Assembly (NCBI GenBank): GCA_002633005.1
Contig: NMRA01000559.1
Location: 186,001 to 250,000 of the forward strand
DNA from: Phoronis australis
Taxonomy: Eukaryota; Animalia; Phoronida
Direction of reading: 5' to 3'
Length of the DNA: 64,000 nt
The notes beneath the pieces were generated by a model. The model ran no database searches. It was not told where the DNA came from and was given only the letters and a program-made list of their open reading frames with translations. Made by a program: the position numbers and the translations under genes. This document shows positions 26,103 through 38,981 of this stretch, in pieces. The stretch's first letter is position 1; each line of letters begins with the position of its first letter.

Positions 26103-29100
26103 ATAACGTTATGCACTTCAGAATAAGACATGATAACAATTAAATCAAACAGAACTACATCTATGCTTGTCTGCGGAAATGCTAAGATAATTATTTTAAT
26201 GTTTCTATTCGTCTTCAATTTGGAAATTTAGATACTTGTGAAGATGTTTAAAAAAATTTTTTAAAGTTAATAACATAATTGCCAATCACATATAAACGCC
26301 AGCTCATCTTCAACTGGGTTTGAGTTGCAAAGCATAGCCAGTACGTAACCTGTCACCGACAGGGGGTATGATGACCTTAGTGGCAAATTTCTATATGTAG
26401 GGTAAGAGTTCCAGGCCTAAGCTTAGCCAGTAGGGATTGCTCAGACCGTGACAATTAGGGTAGAGTCGCACCACTTCAGTGCACAATATGGTGGATAGGT
26501 GAACTTCTGTCATCCCGTTTTTTTTCATGAAAGACATGTGGCGCTGTATCTGTGCTTCCCCAGGTTTGAGTTTCATTCCGTTGCTTGGTGTCAGGCAAGG
26601 TTTTGAGAACCATAGTTAAGGGCTTTTGTCTTCATTAATGAAATGTCACTTTTTTGCGATTATCATTATTTTTACCTGAAATTGGTGCAGTTTCACTGTA
26701 TACCATGTGTCAGACCAGGAAACTTCGTTAAAACTCTGAGGGTCCGTCAAAAATAGAAGGTAAGTTTGCCTTTAAATTATTTTTGTTTCCCTTCCATCAC
26801 ATCTCAGAGATGTCTTCCTCTTTTCATTATTGGGCCTTGTTCATTGTTTCAAAAAAAATTGCTTTTTAATTGAAACGAGAAATTATTACGTCAGATTGCA
26901 TAAAATATGTTTTGTGCCATGAGCATATTTCGTATTCTATCACATAGTGGGAACGAACTGAACTTTATCGTAATTTTTCAGAAGTTGCAATCATCAGAAA
27001 CTTCTGTGACCCGTGACTACTTGGTTAGCAATTAACAGCTTTCAAATCAATTACTGTGTAGTGTGTTCAAAGCTAGTTTAGAACAATGCCAGGTGAACGA
27101 AAGCAATTCAATAGCATATATCTTGTTTACTTCTAATCCTTTGTTGGATAAGATACAAATGCTGCAATGGCATGTTTGAATAAGAATTCCTTGTGGAATG
27201 TGTAGCTCACTTGATAATGGAGGCAGCCTTATGAGCAAGTTTCATTGTCTATAAGAATGCTCTAATAAATGGTATGTAAAGTGGCATACCATTACACACA
27301 TGAATAGCTGCTGCTTGGTAAGCTTTAGCATGGTCCAAAAACGCTGTCTTTTGGTGGTGTGAGAAGAATGGTACGTAAATTGATCAACAAATAAACTAAC
27401 AGAAAATTGGCCTGATTGCGTTGTGAATTTTTCCTGTATTTACCTAGATTTTATTGCCATTAATATTTGTTTTATTTAATGAGAATGAGACTTGCCTTTG
27501 TTTGGTCTGTACACTAATTAAGTGTGCTGATGGATGAAGCGTTTCCTTTGACGATGGAAGTCACAACGTCATATTCCGATATAAGTGGTTCAATCATTCG
27601 TGCGACAAGGAAATGATTAGCTGTTTCGTAAATATAAATGAGGATGTAGAGGTGTGCGTCATTGATTGGATGTTAACGTTGGGATGGGGTGATGTAACAC
27701 GTAGTGGATATAATTAATCGTAAGGTATTTGAACAGTGTAAAAAGCACTATTTGTAATGCACCCTATTGACTAGTGGCTTTTTACGTTGAAGACGTACAT
27801 GAGTCATTGAGTCTTGCTCAGTTATTCGTGGAACGGTTACTTTTACTGTATGCAAGTTTTATTAACCAGTGGGAGCTGGTCAAAATTGGATTTCGCCTTG
27901 TTTACCTGGATAAAAATGAGTGTTAAATCAGGCCTTTACCCTCATAAAATCAGTTTCATAGTATTCCTTATGGTCACATGATTCTGTTTCCATAACAACC
28001 CAGTCACAGGCAATGTGTAGATGTGCCTTTTTCAATTTCGCGATTGGAAAGGCAAATCCCCAATGCGTTGTTGAATTCATGATTTTGATTTTAGGGTTGT
28101 CCAACCCCAATAAATTTTCTAATTCGAAATTTTAAAGTTAACAGGCCAACCTCGGTAAATTCTTACACGTTTCTTGAGTTGGTAACAGAGTAGAGTCCGA
28201 TCACAGTAAAGAATATTATGCGACTGACTTTATGACAGCAAAATGTTTTCATCCAACTGAACTCTGGGTATGGCAGCTTTCAATTCATGAGATACCCAAG
28301 AAAAATGTTCGAATCTCGCAATATATCGAAGAAGTAGCTGATTGGTGTCAAAGGAAACTTTCGCTTACTTAGTACGACTTATGCACTTACATCAAAATTT
28401 TGTTAGGGCTTGCTAATTGTTAATTGCTTGGAAACGGCTGATTGCATTTGTATGAAACTTTATAAATAGGTAAGTAAAATAACAAGAATGGATCAACTGA
28501 AATTTTCGGATGTAATAACGTCCTTTGTCAACTGAAACATCATCCCTGTCTGTCTGTCCTTCTGACGTCCGTTGCTGTATCTGACGGGTGACCGTGTGTA
28601 CCATACCTTACTTATTAAACATAAATTTTTCTTATTACATTCCTTAATTTGTAAATATTTCGTTTAAAAAGCATTCCCATTTCCCCACAAAATTCCAAGA
28701 CTAGGAAATTGTTGACTTCGGCTATCTTCGGTTTCTACAACAAATCAGTGAGACGTGTCCCGAGTAATGCCGAGTTGGTTGAGTATCTCCATACAGTTAT
28801 GCGCCGAAAGTTCTGTTTTTGCAAATTTCAACCTATTTTTAATTAAACTGACGTTGGCATTCGAAGAAAAATGCCAGACCGCTGTGTAATGGGAGGGTAT
28901 GACAATACACCATTGGGCTGGGCTATCTGTTCACAGATTTCTTAGTGATTTAAGACTGGATCGCCGGTCTGATCGAAGACTGTCACGTTCTCAAAGAAGA
29001 CTAGTAAAAATAGGGCGATCGAACCATTCTTTTTGTTTTGAAGAAATTCTTCAATATCGTGGGAAATGTAATGTATCCCACACAACAAAAATCAAAAAAT

Positions 29101-30689
29101 TATCAAAATCAAGTGGAGCAGTACAAAACTATAACAAGTTTTGTGGAGAAATTTGGGTCACTTGTTTGGATCGAGTCGGTCATCTTGGACGACACCGGCA
29201 AGAAGTTAGGAGTTTAAAACTGGTTATAAATTATTTCCATCAATAGTTTACAATGAAATTCAGGAAGACGTGTCTTTACCTACTATTCCGTGTTATTCGA
29301 TGGTTTTCACCAGAATTTAGTGAATGTCACTAGCTTATTGAGTGGTTGAAGTGCTCGCAATACCCACATTTCCCAACAACATGGTGACTTTTGCTGAACT
29401 GAAAGGCATGTTCAGCCGGCTTCTTAGTAACCAGTGAAGATATAACTATACATTTTGACATCCGTTGCTATAAAAAAGCAACTTTGTACAATTTTCTGGT
29501 TTTTGTTTAAAAGTAGAAGGAATATTTTAATTATTTCTCTGAATTACCCATTCAGTTGCCCTCTAGACTGTGCTAAAAATATTTGAAATGTTTTGAAATC
29601 ATTTTTTGTTTGAAAGTTAACTTTTCTTAAATGATTTGATTGGGTCACAATGGAATACATATTTTTCTAAATTTTATGACTCATGGTGATTTCGACCTCC
29701 GTCCCGTTGGACATTTGCTCAAAATGGATATTATTAAATCAAAATATAAAGTTTAACTTTCAATTCATAAACTACATACAACAAAACTGTCGATTACACC
29801 TTGATTCCACCTCTGCACACCATGAAATGCAAGACAAAACAACAAATTTTGTCACATGTCTCCGTTACCCAAATATGGCTGACTGGCATGATGACGAACA
29901 TTTGCACTCGTTAACTTTCTGTTTACAAACACAGCTTAAACTATCAATGAATGATAAGTACATATGGACACAAATAGACCTACATTTTCTGTGATAATTG
30001 ACAGCGAATGAACACCAACACATGTACTCATCAGTGACAAGCTATGGCAGCGACAGGCTGCTTTCATTTTAAAATCATTTGAAAGTGGAAATGAAAAGGC
30101 AATCAGTTTTGTTTTTAATAGTGATTTTATTTTGGTTTTAAAATTAAAATAATTTATATTTTTAAACCTGTTTTACTTTCAAAATATTTTCAAAATGTCA
30201 TATTTTCTTTTTTTACATGCAAAACATTTTTAAAATATAAGATTCTCTTTTTACTCATGTTTTACTTTCAAATTATTTTTTTCGTTTTTAAATTTATTTT
30301 ACTTTCAAAATATTTTTAAAATTGTTTTCTATCAGATTTTCTTTTTAAACATGTTTTACTTTTAAAACAATTTTCTTTTTAAAAAATATATATAGTTTTT
30401 TAGCAGTTAAATTAAATTTAGCTTGGCAGTAGTGGGCCACAATACATAACAGAAGAAGCCTGTATTCCGAATTGACTGCTGGGCTTCCCAAATTAATTGG
30501 ACTGCGCAGACAATAACTGCTTTGTACAATGGGATCACACAGTACTATTCTTTGTGTTAATAAGCAGCTGTTTTAATGTCAAGCTGTGTCTTTAAGTCTT
30601 CTTGCATTTATTTATGCATCTTTGGAGTTCCTTGACGATTTTTTATTAAAGAGGCAATGACAACTTCCCATTTTAAGGTGGATTTAACC

Positions 30690-31390
30690 CAGTGCACCTC
30701 ACTCTGTGGTCTTTTTATTATATTTCAAGTCTTTTTTGGCGTCTGGCTCTCTATTGGCCAGCTCCAACTACTATGGCACCTCCTTGTGGCATTTTTTTGC
30801 GTCCTTGGTTACATCCCCTACTAGCTCTCTACATGATCTTTGTTTCGTTTGGCAAGAGTATGAAAGTGGCAACAGATGATGGCGACTTTCTGATGGATAT
30901 GAATACCGATGTGCCTCCTAGTGGCAATTTTTTGGGGTTTTCCTCTGTTCCTTTGAAGTTCCTTGATGAATTTTTATAAAATTTGGTAAATTGGTTGTCA
31001 ATAAAAAGGTAAATCAGACATCTTCCCATTATCAAATGGATTTGATGTAGCGCATGCCATCTGGTGGCCATTTTTATTATTTTCGAGTCTTGTTTTTGGC
31101 GTCTGTCTCTCTATCGGCCAAACCACTCTAAGGATAATAATGAACATTATGTGTTCCTACTGGGAAGATAATGGCTAGCAATTTTCATACATCTCCGACT
31201 ACTTTGGCACATCCTAGTGGCATTTGTTGTGTGTGGCTATATCTTCTTAACCCTTTGCAGGATCCTTGTTAAATATGGCTTAAATTAGTGTATCTGTGGG
31301 AGGGGGAAAATGGATAACAATGACTTTCGATGGATCTGTCTGTACAACTGTGTCCCCCCCCTCCTGTGGCAGTTTTATTTTTCCACTTCA
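30690..31390 (+). repeat. Older fragment of the HINE-like family
   Basis: Recurrent TTTTTGGCGTCT..CTCTAT.GGCCA and CTAGTGGCA units. Confidence 0.6.
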
Positions 31391-31634
31391 ACTCTCATTA
31401 ACCTTTAACTTTCTCTGGTCCCAGAACTTAACATCTGAACTGAGAGTTCACCCTTGTTGCATAATTCAAATACAAGTTTGCCTGTGTGTTTTATTATTGG
31501 TGTGCAATTGGTCAATTTTTGGGTCACTCAGTTTCATGAATAGACTGTGATAAGATCCTATTCTCTAAGAAGTGTTTTACTTGGAAAATGCATTGCCGGA
31601 TTTTTATAGACTCTTGAAACTTTAGAAATTGATG

Positions 31635-32944
31635 TACCGTAATCGTTCGGGTTAACGCCCTGGGCGGTTAAATTGGCGAACCCAAAAAATCGGGGGTGGA
31701 CGGTTAACCAGACATGGGCGCTTAAACGTGAAATTTCAAGAAATCGGGGGGGGGGCAGTTAACTGAACNNNNNNNNNNNNNNNNNNNNNNNNNNNNNNNN
31801 NNNNNNNNNNNNNNNNNNNNNNNNNNNNNNNNNNNNNNNNNNNNNNNNNNNNNNNNNNNNNNNNNNNNNNNNNNNNNNNNNNNNNNNNNNNNNNNNNNNN
31901 NNNNNNNNNNNNNNNNNNNNNNNNNNNNNNNNNNNNNNNNNNNNNNNNNNNNNNNNNNNNNNNNNNNNNNNNNNNNNNNNNNNNNNNNNNNNNNNNNNNN
32001 NNNNNNNNNNNNNNNNNNNNNNNNNNNNNNNNNNNNNNNNNNNNNNNNNNNNNNNNNNNNNNNNNNNNNNNNNNNNNNNNNNNNNNNNNNNNNNNNNNNN
32101 NNNNNNNNNNNNNNNNNNNNNNNNNNNNNNNNNNNNNNNNNNNNNNNNNNNNNNNNNNNNNNNNNNNNNNNNNNNNNNNNNNNNNNNNNNNNNNNNNNNN
32201 NNNNNNNNNNNNNNNNNNNNNNNNNNNNNNNNNNNNNNNNNNNNNNNNNNNNNNNNNNNNNNNNNNNNNNNNNNNNNNNNNNNNNNNNNNNNNNNNNNNN
32301 NNNNNNNNNNNNNNNNNNNNNNNNNNNNNNNNNNNNNNNNNNNNNNNNNNNNNNNNNNNNNNNNNNNNNNNNNNNNNNNNNNNNNNNNNNNNNNNNNNNN
32401 NNNNNNNNNNNNNNNNNNNNNNNNNNNNNNNNNNNNNNNNNNNNNNNNNNNNNNNNNNNNNNNNNNNNNNNNNNNNNNNNNNNNNNNNNNNNNNNNNNNN
32501 NNNNNNNNNNNNNNNNNNNNNNNNNNNNNNNNNNNNNNNNNNNNNNNNNNNNNNNNNNNNNNNNNNNNNNNNNNNNNNNNNNNNNNNNNNNNNNNNNNNN
32601 NNNNNNNNNNNNNNNNNNNNNNNNNNNNNNNNNNNNNNNNNNNNNNNNNNNNNNNNNNNNNNNNNNNNNNNNNNNNNNNNNNNNNNNNNNNNNNNNNNNN
32701 NNNNTTATCATCGATCTTAATCTAAAAGGTCGGGGATTCGCGTTTCCTATTAGCACAGGGCGGTAATCACCAATCGTTAAAAGTAGGGGATGGGCGCTTA
32801 ACCGAGAGGTGGGCGCTTAATTGGAAATCTTCAAAAATAGCAGGGGGGCGGTTAACCGAGCAGTGGGCGGTTAAATCGAAAATCCACCTAAAGTAGGGGT
32901 GGGCGGTTAACTAAGCATGGGCGTTAACCCGAACGATTACGGTA
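31635..32944. mobile_element. Tc1/mariner (pogo-like) non-autonomous element spanning a gap
   Basis: Perfect 24-bp TIR CCGTAATCGTTCGGGTTAACGCCC flanked by TA on both sides. Subterminal GGGCG(G/C)TTAA repeats. Confidence 0.85.
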
Positions 32945-35895
32945 GTTGAGAAGTCCTGAGGTTTATCACATACTTTAAAAAATGATTTGTGATACTGTTG
33001 CATAATAGTTAATCAAGTCTGGTTTCAGCATGTAATTTGCTGTTCATTATTTGATTTGCAGATTTCAGAACAAAGACAATAGTACAATGACCAACTTAAT
33101 CATTTAATTACCAGCTAACGACAGAACTAAGCAAATTATTGTTTACCACTATTTTCATGTTTGAAAGGTCAAACATGACTGTTGAGATTGCGATAAAAAG
33201 TTTTGCCTATAATTATTGTTTTCTTATTATTTAAAGTACTCAATTGTTTTCCTGCAAAAAGCTGATGTTGTTATGAAATAGTACAGGCAGAAAGCTAAAA
33301 ATAAAAACGTCAAAATCAATAAAGTAGGATGCATCAGAACAGACAAGTTGAAGTTGTTTTTTCATTAAGTAACAGCGCCGAGCAAATTCTTCATTATTTT
33401 AAATTTATTATTTTAATGTTCTATACCATAACATCAGGTTTGAAAAATTGTGGTCGTTCACAACAAGTCTTTGAAAATTGATTAAAGGTCAAAGGTGACA
33501 ATTATTTCTGTACTAAATTGACGAGATTCTAATAATATACAGTTCACGTTGTCATAATCACATTTTTCGGCTGTTGTTAATACCTGGCGTCACAAAACGA
33601 GACAGTTTTACACCTGCAGCTATGTACTTTTGTGTTAATATAAATCACAGGCCTCTCTGGTTGTATGGGTTGCCTTTATTTAAATTTACGGCACAAGACA
33701 AACTACCGTGTCCTGTCATGATGTCTAATTTGGTTAACAGCATAATGACTGGTATCGGGAAGTTTCGAAAATAAGCCCATGGGCGGATATTCGCAAAACA
33801 ACATTTCAAAACCATCAAATGAAACTGAGTATACATGCAGCGAGACGTATTTTCGGAAAGGGGAGGGGGCAAATTTTGGGAAAGCATGTCAGACATTTTA
33901 TGATGCAGTTTTGTTAAACAAACATTTAGATGTGAATTTTTTTAATTAAACAGTCGCGTCTTTAATATGTAGTTGTATCTCACTCAGGTAATAACTTTCT
34001 TCGTTCATACTTATTTTGCATTCAGCAAACCATAATCATTTGAGTGAAATTGCAGTCCTAAAAATAATGTCTTGCCTAAATAAACAAAATTTTATAACCG
34101 ACCATTTTACACACGTTTTAGAACAATCCATCAGATTTTCAAAACATGTAGTTACTGAAAATACACCCATGGGTGTACTTTTGGAAGTTTCTCTGAAAAT
34201 ACACCTAGCGGCATACTTTTGGGTGGGCCTATTCGCAGAAAGTCCTGGGAATAATAATTATGGAGGCAAAATTTTAATTACAGAATACCTTATCCATCTT
34301 AATTTCCTATTATTTAATTGTCCATCATTCTGGGTCACAAGGGAAAATCATTCTGACAGTGAATTCGGCGTTTGACCAGCCACCATGAAGAGGAATTGTG
34401 GGTCAATTTGTCCGAATGCTTCCGTCTGCTGTACCTTAGATTTACCCTTTACCCTGCAGCGTCATGGCTCACTAATCCTGAACAGACCTGTATGAAGTAA
34501 GCTTTTTATGTTTGGGAAATTTTTTCTTGGTATCACAAAGGACCTGGAAATTCTTCATGAGAATGAAAGCAAGTTTTATTTCCGCGCTTAGGGAAATTTT
34601 GTACGGGAAATCTAGCCACTTAAGGACACAGTATGACGGATATTGAGGGGAGTTTTACTTTTTCTTTTTTTCCGTGAAAGATGTGTAGCACCAAAATATT
34701 TCTTTTTTATACCGTAGCTACCATCAGACGATGTTTTGAAACATTGCGGGCATTCAGAATAATGGCAGAAGCTTTTGTATAGTGAAAATGGGACAATTTT
34801 GGCAATTATTGTCGCATGAAATTGGTGAGACATTATCGTGTAATTACTTTAGCAATGAATTAATGTTTCGTTTTGTTATTGTGGTAACAATTATTCAGTT
34901 TAGGACACGGTATAGTAGACAAGTAGAATTTTGTTTTGTCTAACTTTTGAACTGTTGAAAACTTGCAATGCTAATTTTGCTTTGTTCAAAGTGTTTGTAT
35001 GTAAAGTTACCTCACAAAATTCAGTCAAATTATGAGTGTTTGTAGCTATGTAAAAGGCATTTGAAAATGGGAATATGTCAATCTCAAACATTCCTTTTGT
35101 CCCAGATGTGTAATTTAAAACCAGTTTTTGAAATCAACAATCTAGACGCAATGTTACGTAAATTCATATAAAGCAGTGTTTGTGTCTTTGATGTTGCCTT
35201 TAACCCCTGCAGCAACAATAATCTTATGTGTTATGATAAACTGTTTGGTTTTTAAGGATATCGTTTTCATCTATTTTTAACTCTGATTAACAAAATGTCA
35301 ACAAATATCTTCAGGGTCTTACTCATTCTCCTGCTCACAATAAGAGCAACGCCAAAAATGTCCAGCAAATGGCAGCCACATACCAGCCATGTTTATGGCT
35401 ACCTCATAAAATCTTGGAATCTCAAACCACACAAATTCCATAGTGCAGAATGTTTACCCTATTAGAGCTTGTGTTCATGCAATTACTTGTTTTAATATTT
35501 TCTTACTTGGCTGTTGACTTTTTCTTTTCCTTTTGAATGTTTGTAAAGTTTTAAAGTTAAATCAACGCCTTAATCTTTATCTAGTCCTTCTTTAGTCATC
35601 ACTTTGTTTGCTGGGTTGGATCAAAGATTACATGATGAACTCTACTAAAGGTAAACCCCCTATTTTCTTAAAATGGACTCTTCTGCTGTTTTATTATAAA
35701 CCAACATCTGAAGAGTTTTAAAGCTGTCACCTTTGTATAAAATAATTTTTGCTGGGGAGTTTTGACCAGAATTTATAGGGAGGGACCGACAAAAGGACTG
35801 TGGGATTTTAAGTTAGCAAGTTTCCCTGGCGATCTGATATCAGGAAGAACAGATTTATCAAACATGCTAGGTGTGCCCACCTGTCATTAGCAGCT

Positions 35896-35905
35896 CTATA
35901 AATAG
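35896..35905 (+). promoter_or_regulatory. Candidate TATA box / MEF2-type site upstream of the nested syntaxin
   Basis: CTATAAATAG contains TATAAATA and fits CTA(A/T)4TAG. It lies about 770 bp upstream of the syntaxin ATG. Confidence 0.35.
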
Positions 35906-36668
35906 CGTGTAACTTCCCTACTACCTGATAAAGGTGTGTTTCCTCTACCGTCTGTCATTGAGAGGGATTCCCACTGAGCTGGAAACACGTATCGTGGAGA
36001 ATGAATGAAAGAAAGAAAAGGACTTGAGAGTACTTAGAAAGTGGCAACAAATTTTGTGGATGACAGTTGACAATTGCACACAGTGACCTATTAGATAGCT
36101 GTTTTGGAGTCATTAAGGGAAGCCAAGTGAACGAAATTCCAGACTGTTGAGAGCAAACTAATGAGAAGCAGCAAACATTCTTGAACTGTATACTAGCACA
36201 TGCCTTGTGGTATTTCCAGGAAATGTGCTGTTCCGTTGTTTAAAGTTCTGAGGTTTTAGCTGGGCATTCCACATTCAACAGTTGCTTGTAAGCACAATTG
36301 ACTGAGCATGCTGATTTAATTCAAGGTATTTGATTACTTATTAGTCGTTACACTGAGCAAGTCAACTTGATCTAGCTTTGCCAAGAACAGTTGATGTGGT
36401 CCAAAAAAACTGTGAATTAAGTGTACGCTTCTACCCGAAGAGGGAACTTTGTTGGACATCATTGTTGAACTTTGTTTTAAAAAAGTGAACCAGTTCTCCA
36501 TGTGAGTTGAACATCGTTAATGATCAATTTCTGGATTCAATTATCCATATTTGGCAGTCAGGTCTGCGAGTCTAACTGCATGAGAAAAGCCGGATAGAGA
36601 AAAGTTGAGCCCAACTTGAAATATTTGTGGATTTCTATTATTAAATCTTGTTATTAAACGGAGCCACC

Positions 36669-37508
36669 ATGATTAAGGACCGTATGCCGGAACTCCTCGC
36701 CATCCGGCAAGAAGAAGAAATGCAGGATCTTGGGATTGAGCTAAATGACGTTGATCCGGTGGGAAGCCTGTTAGATCATGTGGATCGCGTCCAAGATGTG
36801 ATTAGCTCGATAAGAGAAAAAGTCCATTTAATGAAAATCCTGATGAGTGACATAGTGACGGCGCCCATGCCTGATGTTGAAACGAAACAGGAACTTAAAC
36901 TCATCATGCTGGATATCAAACAGCTTGCTAACATTGTACGGTCCCATCTTAAACAGTTGGATCCGAGCAACGAATCGGAAATAGTGCCGTTCAATACGAG
37001 TCCCGTGGCTCATCGCCGCATGGGCATTATGCACTATGAAAATCTATGTCACCTGTTCTTAGAGGCGATGAATGAATACAATCAAGTACAAGTGAGCCAT
37101 CACGAAGACTGCAAACGTCGTATCCGAAGACAGCTCAGTATTTCAGGTAAACACAGCATGCCTGATGAGTACATCGAGTCTTTGTTGGAGGCCAATGACA
37201 TCACCGTCGCTGTCGGGCCTAGTCAGACATTCATGGCACCTCCGAAATTTCTCCCAAACTTTCGCCGCAGCTTGAAACTCATGGAGGAACGTCAGCAGGA
37301 TATTTATAAGCTGGAGGAACGTATTCTTGAAGTGCATGATCTTTTTCTTGATATACATAATATTGTTCTAGCTCAGAGTGAAACTATTGACAGTATTGAG
37401 CGTAAAGTGTCTGAGGCAGATAGCATGATTGACAGTGCTACAAAGAAACTTAAGAAAGCGAAGGAGGCAAAGAAAAAGTGTTGGTTATCAAAGTTGTGTT
37501 GTTTTTAA
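36669..37508 (+). CDS. Intronless Qa-SNARE syntaxin (syntaxin-1 family fold, STX11/STX19-like Cys-rich tail), 279 aa, nested in OXCT1 intron 5
   Basis: Kozak GCCACCATG. N-peptide MIKDRMPEL, Habc helices including MNEYNQVQ...CKRRIRRQLSI, and SNARE motif RQQDIYKLEERILEVHDLFLDI...AQSETIDSIE with the zero-layer Gln. Ends KKKCWLSKLCCF*. Confidence 0.92.
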   Translation: MIKDRMPELLAIRQEEEMQDLGIELNDVDPVGSLLDHVDRVQDVISSIREKVHLMKILMSDIVTAPMPDVETKQELKLIMLDIKQLANIVRSHLKQLDPSNESEIVPFNTSPVAHRRMGIMHYENLCHLFLEAMNEYNQVQVSHHEDCKRRIRRQLSISGKHSMPDEYIESLLEANDITVAVGPSQTFMAPPKFLPNFRRSLKLMEERQQDIYKLEERILEVHDLFLDIHNIVLAQSETIDSIERKVSEADSMIDSATKKLKKAKEAKKKCWLSKLCCF

Positions 37509-37959
37509 CGAGTTGTGATATTTGCTGTTATCTTTGTTATTGTTGTTTTATTCTATCATATTTATTTATGTATTTATTAACTTAAAGTCTATGAATTCCA
37601 TTGAAATGTGCATTTGATATGTTACCAAAAGGCCTTTCCCACTAACGTCGACCCTTCAACATTTGGGGGAGCATTGGTCAGTGTGAACGCTTAAATTCAG
37701 TCTTATGGATCAAAATGAACAGTTGTTGCTCACTTTGCAGTAAATACGTGGACATAATAGCAAATTGTTGCATGTTGTTATAGTTGGAAACACTTATTTT
37801 TGGCATCCATTGAAGTTGTTGGTCGGGGGCTCTGCTATGACAGTGATGAAGGTCATATTACCATATGTCACCTTATGATAACTCCGATGTCTGTTCATTA
37901 CTGGAGCCAGATTTACGTAACTTGGTGAGAAATGGCCACAAGAATTTTGAATGTTGTCT

Positions 37960-37965
37960 AATAAA
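37960..37965 (+). terminator. Candidate polyadenylation signal of the nested syntaxin
   Basis: First AATAAA seen downstream of the stop, about 450 bp away, followed by T-rich sequence. Confidence 0.45.
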
Positions 37966-38071
37966 ACATTCATTTGGTTAAAGCACTGTTTTTTATGGTA
38001 TCTCAGTTCTCATGCCTAAATTAAGCCACACATATGATTAATTCAAACCACAGAGGTGGGGGGGGGCTATG

Positions 38072-38493
38072 CAGGCCTTTATGCAGCGTACGTCCTGGGC
38101 GTCCAAATGGACACCCTAGCACTAATATGGACGCCCTGGCAAGGACGCCCAATGTATCATTTGGACGCCCACTGTCAATAGGAACCTTTCAAGTTTGGAC
38201 TCACACATTGTAATGAATACTAGGAAGCCTGTGAAGGCTCACATGGGGGCTCTTTTTTCAAAGCAGGAAGAAATATACAATGTTTATATTTTTTATTAAA
38301 AATGCTCACTACAGAAGGCTGTTTTGTAAACTTAGATGTAAAAACCTTGTTCTATGCATTTTTTTTGTAAAAAAATCTGTGTGTTTGGGGGGATTGCTGG
38401 GGTGGGAGGTTACGCGTCGGAATTATGGACGCCCTGGAATATTGGGAACCCCATTTTGGACACCCTATTTTCGAAATCCTGGATGAAGGCCTG
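38072..38493. mobile_element. hAT-like MITE
   Basis: TIR CAGGCCTTTATGCAG vs CAGGCCTTCATCCAG, 8-bp TSD GGGCTATG/GAGCTATG, internal GGACGCCC repeats. Confidence 0.75.
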
Positions 38494-38930
38494 GAGCTAT
38501 GTGAATGTAATGACGTTTGTTTGAACATTATAGAACAGTTGGTTATGGCCACAGTTTTACATTGTATGCCTTGCAAATTTGAATAGATACCTCCAAGCTC
38601 AGCTGATGATTTAATTTCAGTTCACTTTATGTTGCTATAAACCAGTGCCTTGATGTGGTATTAGTCTTCATACATGACATGATTATGAAAAAGATCTCTG
38701 TCCCGAACATGTGATCCACATATCACATAGGTAAAGACTAATAATTCTTACTCATGCAGTTCAATTTGCTTTTATCTGCAGACAGTTTTTTAAAGTCATG
38801 GTCATACTACAAGTTTCCATAGAACCCCTTTCCCTAGAGCAACTTGCAACTTGTCAGCCGAGTATGAGGAGCCACACTTCACACCTCTACACTTTGTGAC
38901 AAGTATGGCGCAAACGTGACATGCCATCAC

Positions 38931-38981
38931 TGTGTGTGTGTGTGTGTGCGTGCATGCGTGCGTGAATGCGTGCGTGTGTGT
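38931..38981. repeat. (TG)n/(TGCG)n microsatellite
   Basis: Directly visible. Confidence 0.9.

Noticed and set aside
25911-26218. Repetitive Cys/Trp-rich or hydrophobic ORFs in three frames, CRISPR-like look
   Set aside because: A 24-bp minisatellite with no unique spacers, in a eukaryotic intron.
31722-32756. Long ORFs here and at 19022-19372 and 54563-55056
   Set aside because: Artefacts of N runs.
36648-36668. TTG-initiated extension of the syntaxin ORF
   Set aside because: The ATG at 36669 has a perfect Kozak context and gives the canonical MxKDR N-peptide.
37494-37505. CaaX prenylation motif at the syntaxin C-terminus
   Set aside because: LCCF has no Cys at position -4. Palmitoylation is more plausible.
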